DNA from: Candidatus Magasanikiibacteriota bacterium
GTDB taxonomy: Bacteria; Patescibacteriota; Patescibacteriia; Magasanikbacterales; UBA922
Length of the DNA stretch: 64,000 nucleotides
Reading direction: 5' to 3'
NCBI GenBank assembly: GCA_903837125.1
Contig: CAILTG010000021.1
Coordinates: forward strand, 11,627 to 75,626
Under the pieces are notes generated by a model that was given only the letters and a program-made list of their open reading frames with translations, made no database searches and was not told where the DNA came from. Shown here piece by piece: positions 9,142 to 17,832 of this stretch (positions are counted from its first letter, which is position 1; each line of letters starts with the position of its first letter). The translations under genes and the position numbers were made by a program.

Positions 9142-10020
9142 TTATTTAAATATACCTTGAACTGTTAAAAATGCTTCATTTTTCTCTAATGGTAAAGTGG
9201 AGGTCGGTAAATTCAAATTATCCACGCTAAGAAATTTTTGAAATTTATTTGCCTGCAAACCTTCCGCTGTTACTATCCTCTTTTGCCCATTTTGAACAAA
9301 CCAGACGTTGCCATTTTTGTCTTTAACAGCCGAACCTTCTGGAGAAGAATCTATGGTAAATGGTAACCCTATTTTATTAAATATTTCATAATATAACTGC
9401 AAATTCTGATCGTTAATTATTTTTTTGAACCAATCATCTCCATACCATTTAGCAAGCCACTCATTACTAACTTGGTTCAATGAACAATTCAAACCGGTAT
9501 AATATATTTTTGAAGGAACAATTGGAAAAATAACAACATTTCCCGCCCTGTAACAAACTGGACTGCCAATCCCAAGTATGGTAATTGCTTCCGGAGGTAA
9601 GGTTACAACATTGATATAACTTGAAAAATAATCATGATAAATAGTACCACTTTTAAACTCATGTAATTTACCATTTCCTACAACCCAAACTCTAGATTCA
9701 CCAGATATTTTAACCAAATCACCATCAATCAAATTTGGAATAACTATCTGTTTGCACCCGTCCTGCCATTCTACCTGGTATTGAATAGATGAAGTACAAG
9801 TTAATTTATAAGTACGCATCCCATGTCCAGCATCCCGACATTCACTTTTTAAAACATAAGTACTGCCAAAATTTGTCACTTTAATATCTTTGCCAACTTG
9901 CTGGCAGGCTGTAACATTTACTAAATTAATTCCTGTTGCCGGAGTTATTGCCTTCGTAATACTTGGTAAAAACAAAATTGCTAAAGCAACTACGGCTAAT
10001 GAGATGACAATTTTTCGCAT
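9142..10020 (-). CDS. Secreted hypothetical protein with a signal peptide and an N-terminal Cys-motif domain
   Basis: MRKIVISLAVVALAILFLPSITKA signal peptide. Motif CQQ...C.DAGHG...Y.L.C is shared with the ORF at 43052..44101. Confidence 0.55.
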   Translation of the reverse strand: MRKIVISLAVVALAILFLPSITKAITPATGINLVNVTACQQVGKDIKVTNFGSTYVLKSECRDAGHGMRTYKLTCTSSIQYQVEWQDGCKQIVIPNLIDGDLVKISGESRVWVVGNGKLHEFKSGTIYHDYFSSYINVVTLPPEAITILGIGSPVCYRAGNVVIFPIVPSKIYYTGLNCSLNQVSNEWLAKWYGDDWFKKIINDQNLQLYYEIFNKIGLPFTIDSSPEGSAVKDKNGNVWFVQNGQKRIVTAEGLQANKFQKFLSVDNLNLPTSTLPLEKNEAFLTVQGIFK

Positions 10021-10056
10021 AAATATAATTTAGAAATAATTAAGTTAAGAATAGCA

Positions 10057-10086
10057 AATTATAGCACAAAAATCACCACTTGTCAA
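10057..10086 (-). promoter_or_regulatory. Near-consensus sigma70 promoter (minus strand) for the secreted-protein gene: TTGACA, 17 nt spacer, TATAAT.
   Basis: Minus-strand sequence cTTGACAagtggtgatttttgtgcTATAATttgc. The -35 overlaps a palindrome GTCAAGGCTTGAC. Confidence 0.5.
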
Positions 10087-10163
10087 GGCTTGACGGTGTA
10101 TAACTTAATTAAAAATAGCTTTGTTTAGCCATTATAACTTCTCATTTCTTACCACCATCAGGT

Positions 10164-11432
10164 CTATACGCCTGAGTTAATAATTTTTATAAATTCCACT
10201 GCCAATTTCTCACACCCAAACTCCTCTATTCTCTTCTTTCCTCTCTCAACTAACACACCTCGCAACTTCTCATCTGACAATATTTTTTTAATTGCTTCGG
10301 CCAGTTCATCAACATTGTGTGGATTAATTAAATATCCAGCCTCACCAACCACTTCTGGTAATGATGAACGACTGGAAGTAATAACTGGTACACCACTGAC
10401 CATCGCCTCTAAAACTGGCAAACCAAAACCTTCATACAAACTTATAAAAACAAACAAACTACTCAACTTATACAAAGTTGGTTTATCTCTTTCGTCAACA
10501 TAACCAATATATCTAACACCTGATGTTTCTTTTATCAACTGCATTAATTTTTTATTCTTCCAACCTTTACCACCAGCAATTACAAGTTCATATTTCTGAG
10601 TTCTGAGTTCTGAGTTACAAAAAGCTTCTATTATTGTTTGAACATTTTTTCTAGGTTCAAGGGTTCCTAAATACAAAATGTACTTTTCTGGTAGACCATA
10701 CCTTTGTTTTACTTGATTTCTACTATCTGAGTTCTGAGTCATGATAAAAGGCAGCCCAGGCCTCAACACTTGCAATTTGCTTTCTGCTATCTGATATCTG
10801 TCTATCACATCGCGTTTAGTATTCTCCGATGGCGTAATTATTACATTCGCTCGCTGACATTGACGTTGCGGATTTAAAAACTTGTGCCACAATCTTTGTT
10901 TCCAAGTAAAACAATCCGGCAAAAATTCAAAAGACAAGTCATGAATGGTTTGAATGTGTCTAACATTTTTTGATAAATTTATAAAACTTAAATTTGGCGA
11001 AAACCAGGTATCAATTCCTCTGTCATTGCGAGGAAACCGATTCGCATCGGCTGACGAAGCAATCTCAGGCAACCTGTAATCTTTAGATAACGACGACGTG
11101 AGATTGCTTCGTCGTCGCGCGAGCTCCTCCTCGCAATGACATAATTTATCTAGTTTAATTATTCTAAGCCAAACTAACAAATTGAGTAATTTATTCGGCC
11201 ATCTAGTATACACATAATGCACATTTTCTTGCTTCCACTGCGGAATATTTTTTGAAACATCAGCCCAAGAATTATAAAACAAAAAATATTGGTTCGCATC
11301 AAGGCAATTATTCAGCTGTTTAAATCTGTCTAAATCAATGCCAAAAATAGTATTAAGCATTCCAAAAGTATACTCCCCAACGCCAGTACGATTTTTATCC
11401 ATTAAACAACGGATATCAACCCCAATATTCAT
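10164..11432 (-). CDS. Glycosyltransferase family 4 carrying in-frame repeat and palindromic-element insertions
   Basis: EGFGLPVLEAMVSGVPVITSSRSSLPEVVGEAGY motif. Contains (TCTGAGT)x3 at 10595-10615 and x2 at 10726-10739. Also contains the 121-bp GC-rich palindromic element at 11021-11141, translated in frame. Confidence 0.8.
   Translation of the reverse strand: MNIGVDIRCLMDKNRTGVGEYTFGMLNTIFGIDLDRFKQLNNCLDANQYFLFYNSWADVSKNIPQWKQENVHYVYTRWPNKLLNLLVWLRIIKLDKLCHCEEELARRRSNLTSSLSKDYRLPEIASSADANRFPRNDRGIDTWFSPNLSFINLSKNVRHIQTIHDLSFEFLPDCFTWKQRLWHKFLNPQRQCQRANVIITPSENTKRDVIDRYQIAESKLQVLRPGLPFIMTQNSDSRNQVKQRYGLPEKYILYLGTLEPRKNVQTIIEAFCNSELRTQKYELVIAGGKGWKNKKLMQLIKETSGVRYIGYVDERDKPTLYKLSSLFVFISLYEGFGLPVLEAMVSGVPVITSSRSSLPEVVGEAGYLINPHNVDELAEAIKKILSDEKLRGVLVERGKKRIEEFGCEKLAVEFIKIINSGV
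10595..10615. repeat. Heptanucleotide tandem repeat (TCTGAGT)x3 in frame in the GT4 CDS; a second copy (x2) lies at 10726-10739.
   Basis: tctgagttctgagttctgagt, read directly. Encodes NSELRTQ on the minus strand. Confidence 0.9.
11021..11141. repeat. GC-rich nested palindromic element (RPE-like) inserted in frame in the GT4 gene
   Basis: Outer 14-bp inverted repeat tgtcattgcgagga (11021-11034) / tcctcgcaatgaca (11128-11141). Inner 15-bp inverted repeat gacgaagcaatctca (11053-11067) / tgagattgcttcgtc (11098-11112). Locally GC-rich in an AT-rich gene. Translated as ...CHCEEELARRRSNLTSSLSKDYRLPEIASSADANRFPRNDRG... Confidence 0.8.
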
Positions 11433-11440
11433 ACATTATT

Positions 11441-12568
11441 TTATTTTATTTCTAACTCGCACTGATTCAATCCCTTTCTAAACTCCTCATAATGATCTTC
11501 CACAAATTTTTTGATTTTGTCTTTAAAATTGATTACGCTAAATTTTAGTGCATGTTCGCGAATTTTGACACTGTCCCAATTTTCATAATTAAAATTAAGT
11601 AAAGTATCTAATAGTGATTCCCAACTCTGATCTTTAAAATAAACCCCTGTCTCACCATGAATTACTGTTTCCGTTACTCCACCAACCGGATAAGCAATCA
11701 CCGGCCGGCCGGCCGCCATGGCCTCCACCGGAGTAATACCAAAATCCTCAACCTGAGGATGAATAAACGCTCTGGCATGACTCATCAACTCTGCCTTTTC
11801 CTGGTCCGTAACTCGTCCCAAAAATTCAATATTAGGTCTGGCACCTCTTTTTAAATCCTCCCACCAACCCGGTCCGGTGCCAAAAATTTTTAGCGGCCAA
11901 CCCAAACGATTAAAAACTTTTATTATCAAATCAAATCTCTTGTAAGCTGCAATTCTTCCACCAGCCAAAAAATAATCCCCCACTTCTGGTGAAATTTTAT
12001 ATTGTTCCACATCCACCGGCGGATAAATTACCTGCGCATCTCGCCGATAATATTTATGGATACGACTTTTTACCGTGTATGAATTGGCTAAAAAATGATC
12101 TACTCGATCCACGCTCATTTGATCCCACATACGCAAACGATGAATCAAAGACGGTATAAAAGATTTTATTAAACGATTATACTTTAATTCTTCTAAATAT
12201 TCATGGGTATCTGTCCAAAGATATCTGGTAGGCGTATGGCAATAAGAAATATGCAAAGTATTTGGTCTAGTTAACACTCCCTTAGCAAACGCTGAAGTTG
12301 AGGACAAAACCACGTCAAAATCATGAAGATTATATCTTTCAGTTGCCAGAGGTATCCAAGGCAAATACCACTGATAGTGATTTTTGTTAAATGGCAACTT
12401 AGAAATAAAAGATTGTCTGACATCCGCATCTGCAAAATCTTTTATTTTCTTAGTATCATAAAATAAAACAAAAATAGGCGCTTCCGGCCAAATTTCATGA
12501 AAAGCTTTTAACACTCTTTCCGCCCCCCCGTCTTGCGAAAGATAATCATGGACTAAAGCAATACGCAT
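11441..12568 (-). CDS. Glycosyltransferase family 4
   Basis: N terminus MRIALVHDYLSQDGGAERV and C-terminal GITPVEAMAAGRPVIAYPVGGVTETV motif. Confidence 0.8.
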   Translation of the reverse strand: MRIALVHDYLSQDGGAERVLKAFHEIWPEAPIFVLFYDTKKIKDFADADVRQSFISKLPFNKNHYQWYLPWIPLATERYNLHDFDVVLSSTSAFAKGVLTRPNTLHISYCHTPTRYLWTDTHEYLEELKYNRLIKSFIPSLIHRLRMWDQMSVDRVDHFLANSYTVKSRIHKYYRRDAQVIYPPVDVEQYKISPEVGDYFLAGGRIAAYKRFDLIIKVFNRLGWPLKIFGTGPGWWEDLKRGARPNIEFLGRVTDQEKAELMSHARAFIHPQVEDFGITPVEAMAAGRPVIAYPVGGVTETVIHGETGVYFKDQSWESLLDTLLNFNYENWDSVKIREHALKFSVINFKDKIKKFVEDHYEEFRKGLNQCELEIK

Positions 12569-12583
12569 AAATATAATCCGAAT

Positions 12584-14002
12584 TTATAAAGCACCTCGTT
12601 TTTTTAAAACTACAAATGGTGTTTTTATGAAAATAATTAAATCCTGAAACAAACTCCATTTTTCTATATAAAACACATCCAGTTTAACTTCATCTTCAAA
12701 AGATAAATCGCTACGACCAGAAATTTGGCTCATTCCAGTAATACCTGGCTTTAGAGTTAACACCTTTTTATGATGTTTTTCATATTTATCTACTTCACGA
12801 GGCTGATGTGGTCTGGGGCCAACAATACTCATATCCCCTGCCAGAACATTAAAAAACTGTGGCAATTCATCTAAACTCCAACGACGAATAAACCGTCCAA
12901 AAGACGTAACCCGTGGATCATTGGCAATTTTATAAACAGGACCTTCTTTAATACTATTAGTTTTAATAAGTTTCTTTTCTTTTTCCTCGTTTTTTATACC
13001 CTCGTTACCAAATTGCACTCCCGTAGAATCCTTTTGATACATGGAACGAAATTTATAAGTTAGAAACTTTAGACCGCGAATACCCACACGCTCATTTTTG
13101 TAAATTACCGGTCTGCCAGTTTCAATCAAAATAATTATGGTCACAACTAGCATTATTGGCGAAGTAATAATAATTACCAACAAACTCATGACAATATCAA
13201 ACAATCTCTTAGAGACTCGGCCCCAACCTTCCAACGGAGTCTTTCCCAATTCCATAATCGGCACCCCGGCCAAAGCCGAAACCGACATATTAATACTGTA
13301 AGTAGAAAATAAATCAGCTGAATATTTAAAAACTTTATGATGTTCATCACAATAATCAATCGCTGCCAAAGTCTCTTCCTCATTGGCCCGCGGATTCACA
13401 AAAATAAATTCATCAATATTAATTTTATCCAATTCCTTAGCCACTCCAGAATTAAAACTTAAAAACTCAGCCACAACTTGGTAACCTAATTCTTTTCTCT
13501 TTCGCAAAACTGCCACCACATTTTTAGCAATCTCTTCTTTGCCAATTACCACTACCCGACGTAATCCTATACCGAAACGATAAAGCAACCCTTTAATTCC
13601 CCGCATTAAAATTCTCTCCAATCCCACATAAACAATAGCAAAAACAAAACCCACAGCCACCAAAAAACGTGAATCAAATTGCTGTAAAAAAAACATTACA
13701 TATAAAGCAATCGCTCCCAAACCCGTGGAACAAGCCAAAACCACTCTTGTTAATTCTCTGGATAACTTACGGTTAGGATTAATGGAATACAAGCCAGAAA
13801 TGGCAAAAATCAGAAGCCAAGCCAAAGCGACTAAGCTGGCAATATTTAAAAAACTAAGCAATGTTAATTTAAAAATGACTGGCCTGGTTAACACCACAAA
13901 ACTGGCAAAACGCAAATAATAAGCTGAAATACCTGCCAAAAGCAACATCAAAAAATCAAGTGGCACTTGTAAAACCATGAATATTATTTCTGAACGTTTC
14001 AT
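12584..14002 (-). CDS. Undecaprenyl-phosphate sugar phosphotransferase (bacterial sugar transferase, WbaP/WcaJ/EpsL family), the priming enzyme
   Basis: Multi-TM N terminus. C-terminal domain RLFDIVMSLLVII...PVIYKNERVG..G..F..YKFRSM...DELPQFFNVLAGDMSIVGPRP. Confidence 0.85.
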   Translation of the reverse strand: MKRSEIIFMVLQVPLDFLMLLLAGISAYYLRFASFVVLTRPVIFKLTLLSFLNIASLVALAWLLIFAISGLYSINPNRKLSRELTRVVLACSTGLGAIALYVMFFLQQFDSRFLVAVGFVFAIVYVGLERILMRGIKGLLYRFGIGLRRVVVIGKEEIAKNVVAVLRKRKELGYQVVAEFLSFNSGVAKELDKINIDEFIFVNPRANEEETLAAIDYCDEHHKVFKYSADLFSTYSINMSVSALAGVPIMELGKTPLEGWGRVSKRLFDIVMSLLVIIITSPIMLVVTIIILIETGRPVIYKNERVGIRGLKFLTYKFRSMYQKDSTGVQFGNEGIKNEEKEKKLIKTNSIKEGPVYKIANDPRVTSFGRFIRRWSLDELPQFFNVLAGDMSIVGPRPHQPREVDKYEKHHKKVLTLKPGITGMSQISGRSDLSFEDEVKLDVFYIEKWSLFQDLIIFIKTPFVVLKKRGAL

Positions 14003-14130
14003 AAAAAATACTTAAAAAGCATAAAGGCTTAAAATGCTTGCAAAGCTAATACTTACAGTTTAGCGAAAAAAACAACTTTAGTCAACTTTATTAATTCCTC
14101 TAAATTTAGCTAAATTATACACTTATACCC

Positions 14131-14159
14131 TTGACAAAGAGGCTAAAGTGTGTTACAAT
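14131..14159 (+). promoter_or_regulatory. Near-consensus sigma70 promoter for rnpB: TTGACA, 17 nt spacer, extended -10 TGtTACAAT.
   Basis: cccTTGACAaagaggctaaagtgTGtTACAATag. The predicted start is about 7 nt downstream and coincides with P1 of the RNase P RNA. Confidence 0.55.
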
Positions 14160-14167
14160 AGTTCTTG

Positions 14168-14600
14168 TCTTATCTATTGTAGATGATCGCCTGCCGATGA
14201 GGCAGGAGGAAAGTCCGAACTCTATCCATTAATTTGGAAATGGTAGTGGGTAACACCCACCAGCACTTTAGAGATAAAGTGTTCGGGATAGCGCCACAGA
14301 GACAATACTACCCCGCAAAATGCGGGGGAAAGGTGAAAAGTGTATGGGGGTTTTGGTTCTAGATCAAAGCTACTATACTCCTCTAATAGTAATATTGGAG
14401 TGCGGCAAGCCCTACCTGGAGAAAGAGCAGCGCCCCGCAGTTTGCGGGGCGAAAAGTTAGCTCGTTAGAATCTATTGGCAACAATAGATCTAGATAAATG
14501 ATCGTCGCCCACAAATCACAACACCAATCGACACTAATTAGTGAAGATTAGTGAAAATAATAGTGGACACAAAATTCGGCTTATAACAATAGGTGAGACA
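14168..14600 (+). ncRNA. rnpB: RNase P RNA (bacterial type A), with a ~55-nt insertion containing ATTAGTG repeats near the 3' end
   Basis: P3 hairpin CCTGCC-GATGA-GGCAGG. CR-I GAGGAAAGTCCGAAC. P8/9 GGTAGTGGGTAACACCCACC. J11/12 CGCCACAGAGACAAT. P12 CCCCGCAAAATGCGGGGG. GGTGAAAAG. P18 ATCTATTG-GCAA-CAATAGAT followed by CTAGATAAATGA. CR-V ACAAAATTCGGCTTATAAC, whose TTCGGCTT pairs with AAGTCCGAA to form P4. P1/P2 5' tcttatctattgt pairs with 3' acaataggtgaga. Followed by an A/T hairpin terminator. Confidence 0.85.
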
Positions 14601-14602
14601 AT

Positions 14603-14629
14603 AAAAAAATTCCTAAAAGGAATTTTTTT
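14603..14629. terminator. Bidirectional A/T-rich hairpin terminator between rnpB (+) and proC (-)
   Basis: aaaaaaattcc taaaa ggaattttttt. Confidence 0.5.
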
Positions 14630-14647
14630 ATATTTAAAAATTAATTT

Positions 14648-15370
14648 TTACTTTGCCAATTCATCGGCTCTTTTTTCAGCTGATTCTAAAACTTTTTTAA
14701 ACATATTCTCTAAATCAAATTTTTTCATCACTACCAGACCAGCTTCAGTGGTACCACCTTTTGAAGCAACTTGCTTAACTAATTCCTCTGAATTTTTTTC
14801 TTGTTGTAAAATTGAGTTAGCGCCATCAAGTGTTGTAAAAAACATTAATCTGGCTTCTTCTTCAGTGAATCCTAGTTCAACCACCGCTTTTAGCCATTCA
14901 GTAACTAAATAATAAAAAAATCCCGGACCACTACCAGACACGGCTGTGGCTTTATTTATCATTTCTTCATTTTTAACTTGCAAAGTTTGACCAAGTTGTT
15001 TAAACAAATTGTCTATCTCATTTTTGTCTTTCACTCCTTCACTAATCCAAACTGTCATAGACTTTTTAACTCTGGCACCAAGATTAGGCATGGCTCGTAC
15101 CACTTTTTTTATACCCAAAACTGATTTAATTTTATTAATAGTAACACCAGCCATAATTGAAATAACTATTTGTTCGTTCAACTGGCCTTTTAATTCTTCT
15201 GCCACTTCTGCAAATGATTGTGGTTTTACGGCCAACAAAATTATCTCTGCCCCATGACAAACACTTTTATCATCACCTTTATCACAAACAATAACTTCGC
15301 AACTTGAAGCCAAAGCTTTAGCAAAAATACTACCCATTACTCCCCCACCAATGATTACTAATTTTTTCAT
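14648..15370 (-). CDS. proC: Pyrroline-5-carboxylate reductase
   Basis: MKKLVIIGGGVMGSIFAKAL Rossmann N terminus, a P5CR-like body, and operon context directly downstream of proB and proA. Confidence 0.75.
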   Translation of the reverse strand: MKKLVIIGGGVMGSIFAKALASSCEVIVCDKGDDKSVCHGAEIILLAVKPQSFAEVAEELKGQLNEQIVISIMAGVTINKIKSVLGIKKVVRAMPNLGARVKKSMTVWISEGVKDKNEIDNLFKQLGQTLQVKNEEMINKATAVSGSGPGFFYYLVTEWLKAVVELGFTEEEARLMFFTTLDGANSILQQEKNSEELVKQVASKGGTTEAGLVVMKKFDLENMFKKVLESAEKRADELAK

Positions 15371-16428
15371 ACAAATACCATTATATTATCAGCATGCATT
15401 ACTTGCAAGCCTTTTTTAGATTTAGCGACTGACAATAATTTAGAATCAATATCCACTTTACCAATCGCCATACTCACTTTATCTTTATCCACCACTTCCA
15501 CCAGTTCATTAGCAGCAAATTCACCATAAACTTTTTTAATACCCACTGCCAAAAGACTTTTTCCAGAAGCCAAGGCCTTAACAGCCCCATCGTCCACTTC
15601 AATGCTGGCAGCTGAAGTTTTGGAAGCCATGAGCCAACGCTCACGATTTTTAATATCACTAACCGATTTCCTCGACAAAAAAGTAGTACCAACCTTCTTA
15701 CCCATTAAGGCAGCAACAATAAACTCTTTTTTCAAACCACTAATAATTTGCACCTCAATGCCAATTGCTGTACAAAGGCGTGCTGCTTTAAGTTTAGAAA
15801 CCATTCCTCCCCGGCCTTTATCAGAAACAGCTCCTGAACAATATTTCATAAGTTCAGCATTCACATCTTTCACCTCAGAAATCAATTCCGCATTTTTATT
15901 ATCTTCAGGATTTGCAGTAAACAATCCCTCAACATGACTTAAAATTAATAATTTATTGGCTTTAAAAGACATCGCTAAAGATGCCCCCAAACTGTCATTA
16001 TCCCCAAAACTCCAATCCGTACCATACACCAAAGCATCATTTTCATTAACAATGGGGATAATTTTATTTTGAAAAGCGCTCTCAATTGATTTTTGTAGTG
16101 CCAAAAAATGCTGGCGTTCTACCAAATGTGGACGAGATAGTAGCAATTCTGAAACAGTTAAACCCAATTTATTAGCCACTTGGTTATACCCAGACATAAG
16201 TTTTAATTGTCCAATTCCGGCAGCTAATTTTTTATCTAATTCTTTGTCTATAAAAAATTTTCTACCCAAAGCTACTGCTCCAGAAGTTACCAAAACAATT
16301 TTTTGCCCTTGTTTTATTTGTTCACCAACAACCTCCAAAATATTTTCAATAATTGAAATACGTAATTCATTATTATCATCAACCAAAACATTACTCCCGA
16401 TTTTTATTATTGTTATATTATTATCCAT
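15367..16428 (-). CDS. proB: Glutamate 5-kinase (with C-terminal PUA domain)
   Basis: IIKIGSNVLVDDNNELR...VLVTSGAVALGR kinase motifs. 353 aa. Overlaps proC by 4 nt. Confidence 0.85.
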   Translation of the reverse strand: MDNNITIIKIGSNVLVDDNNELRISIIENILEVVGEQIKQGQKIVLVTSGAVALGRKFFIDKELDKKLAAGIGQLKLMSGYNQVANKLGLTVSELLLSRPHLVERQHFLALQKSIESAFQNKIIPIVNENDALVYGTDWSFGDNDSLGASLAMSFKANKLLILSHVEGLFTANPEDNKNAELISEVKDVNAELMKYCSGAVSDKGRGGMVSKLKAARLCTAIGIEVQIISGLKKEFIVAALMGKKVGTTFLSRKSVSDIKNRERWLMASKTSAASIEVDDGAVKALASGKSLLAVGIKKVYGEFAANELVEVVDKDKVSMAIGKVDIDSKLLSVAKSKKGLQVMHADNIMVFV

Positions 16429-16447
16429 ACAATAAACGCTAACAAAT

Positions 16448-17689
16448 TTAATTTCTTACTTGTCCACTACCCAAAACTACATATTTGGTCACGGTTAAAT
16501 CTTCTAAACCCATTGGTCCGCGCATGTGGATTGAGGAAGTACTAATACCCAATTCAGCACCTAAACCAAAGATTCCACCATCATTCAAACGAGTAGACGC
16601 ATTAACCATCACTACCGCGCTATTAACCTGTTTAAGAAACTCTGCTGACTTAATTTTATCTTCCGTAACAATAGAATCAGTATGATGAGAACCATGCTCT
16701 TCTATCCAAATTACCGCCTTTTCAAATGAATCTACCACTCCTACAGTAATTATTAAATCCAAATATTCTGTATTCCAATCTTCAGGCTTGGCCAACACAC
16801 ACTTAGAATTATAAGAACAAATTTTTTCATCTCCTCTCACTTGAACACCCAGTTCAACCAAAGTTGCCAATAAAGTTGGCGCCAATTTATCAACAATATC
16901 ACAATGAATTAAAATCTTTTCTAAAGAATTACAAGCAGCCGGATTGGAAACCTTGGAATTAACAGCCAATTCAACTGCCATGACCAAATTTGCCTCTTTA
17001 TCAATATACAGGTGAGTAAGTCCTCGTTCGTGGGCAATTACCGGCACTCTAGCCTGATCTTTAATAAAATTAATTAATTGTTCACGCCCGCGGGGTACCA
17101 CCAAATCAAGATATTTGTCCATTTTTACCACTTCCCCCAAAGTTTCATAACTTCTGTCTTCCAATTGCTGCACAGTATGCTCTGACAAACCAACTTCTTG
17201 TAAAGCCTTCTGAATAAATTTTAATAAAATTTCATTTGAAAAATTCGCTTCTTTGCCGCCCCTAGCCACCAAACAATTACCACTTTTTACACAAAGTCCG
17301 GCAGCATCCACCAAAACATTTGGTCGAGATTCATAAACAAAAAGAATCACCCCAATCGGCACACGTTTTTTGAGAACTACCATGCCATTAGGTCTACCCC
17401 ACTCTTCAACAATTTTTCCCACAGGATCTGGCAGCTTTATCATTTCTCTCAATCCCTCGGCCATGCCTTTAATTGAACTCTCTGATAAAATCAACCTCTT
17501 AAGCAGGACTAGGTTTAATTCTTTTCCCAAATTAAGATCTTTTTTATTCTCAACCAAAATCGCTTCAATATTTTGCAATAACAATTCAGCTAATTTAGCT
17601 AAAAATAGATTTTTTTGTTCTGTGTCAGCTAAACGCATTTCTGCTGAAGCTGCTTTTGCCAAATGCAACTGCTCTTTTGCTTCCAACAT
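16448..17689 (-). CDS. proA: Gamma-glutamyl phosphate reductase (glutamate-5-semialdehyde dehydrogenase)
   Basis: 413-aa aldehyde-dehydrogenase-family protein with a ProA-like sequence (…VVPRGREQLINFI…, catalytic Cys region). Position upstream of proB. Confidence 0.85.
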   Translation of the reverse strand: MLEAKEQLHLAKAASAEMRLADTEQKNLFLAKLAELLLQNIEAILVENKKDLNLGKELNLVLLKRLILSESSIKGMAEGLREMIKLPDPVGKIVEEWGRPNGMVVLKKRVPIGVILFVYESRPNVLVDAAGLCVKSGNCLVARGGKEANFSNEILLKFIQKALQEVGLSEHTVQQLEDRSYETLGEVVKMDKYLDLVVPRGREQLINFIKDQARVPVIAHERGLTHLYIDKEANLVMAVELAVNSKVSNPAACNSLEKILIHCDIVDKLAPTLLATLVELGVQVRGDEKICSYNSKCVLAKPEDWNTEYLDLIITVGVVDSFEKAVIWIEEHGSHHTDSIVTEDKIKSAEFLKQVNSAVVMVNASTRLNDGGIFGLGAELGISTSSIHMRGPMGLEDLTVTKYVVLGSGQVRN

Positions 17690-17726
17690 AAAATAAAAAC
17701 AAAATATTTGTTTATGTCAAATATTT

Positions 17727-17809
17727 GTGGGCGAGAAGGGACTCGAACCCTTATGCCTTTCGGCGTTACCACCTCAAGGTAGTGCGTCTACCAATTTCGC
17801 CACTCGCCC
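17727..17809 (-). tRNA. tRNA-Leu (anticodon GAG) with a long variable arm
   Basis: Reverse complement GGGCGAGTGGCGAAATTGGTAGACGCACTACCTTGAGGTGGTAACGCCGAAAGGCATAAGGGTTCGAGTCCCTTCTCGCCCA. Acceptor and T arms pair. Anticodon loop TTGAGGT with G37. Leu-type D arm. Confidence 0.85.
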
Positions 17810-17832
17810 ATAACAAAATACAATACACGTGT

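Noticed and set aside
14541-14912. 123-aa plus-strand ORF
   Set aside because: Overlaps the 3' part of RNase P RNA and its terminator and runs antisense to proC. The translation is low-complexity.
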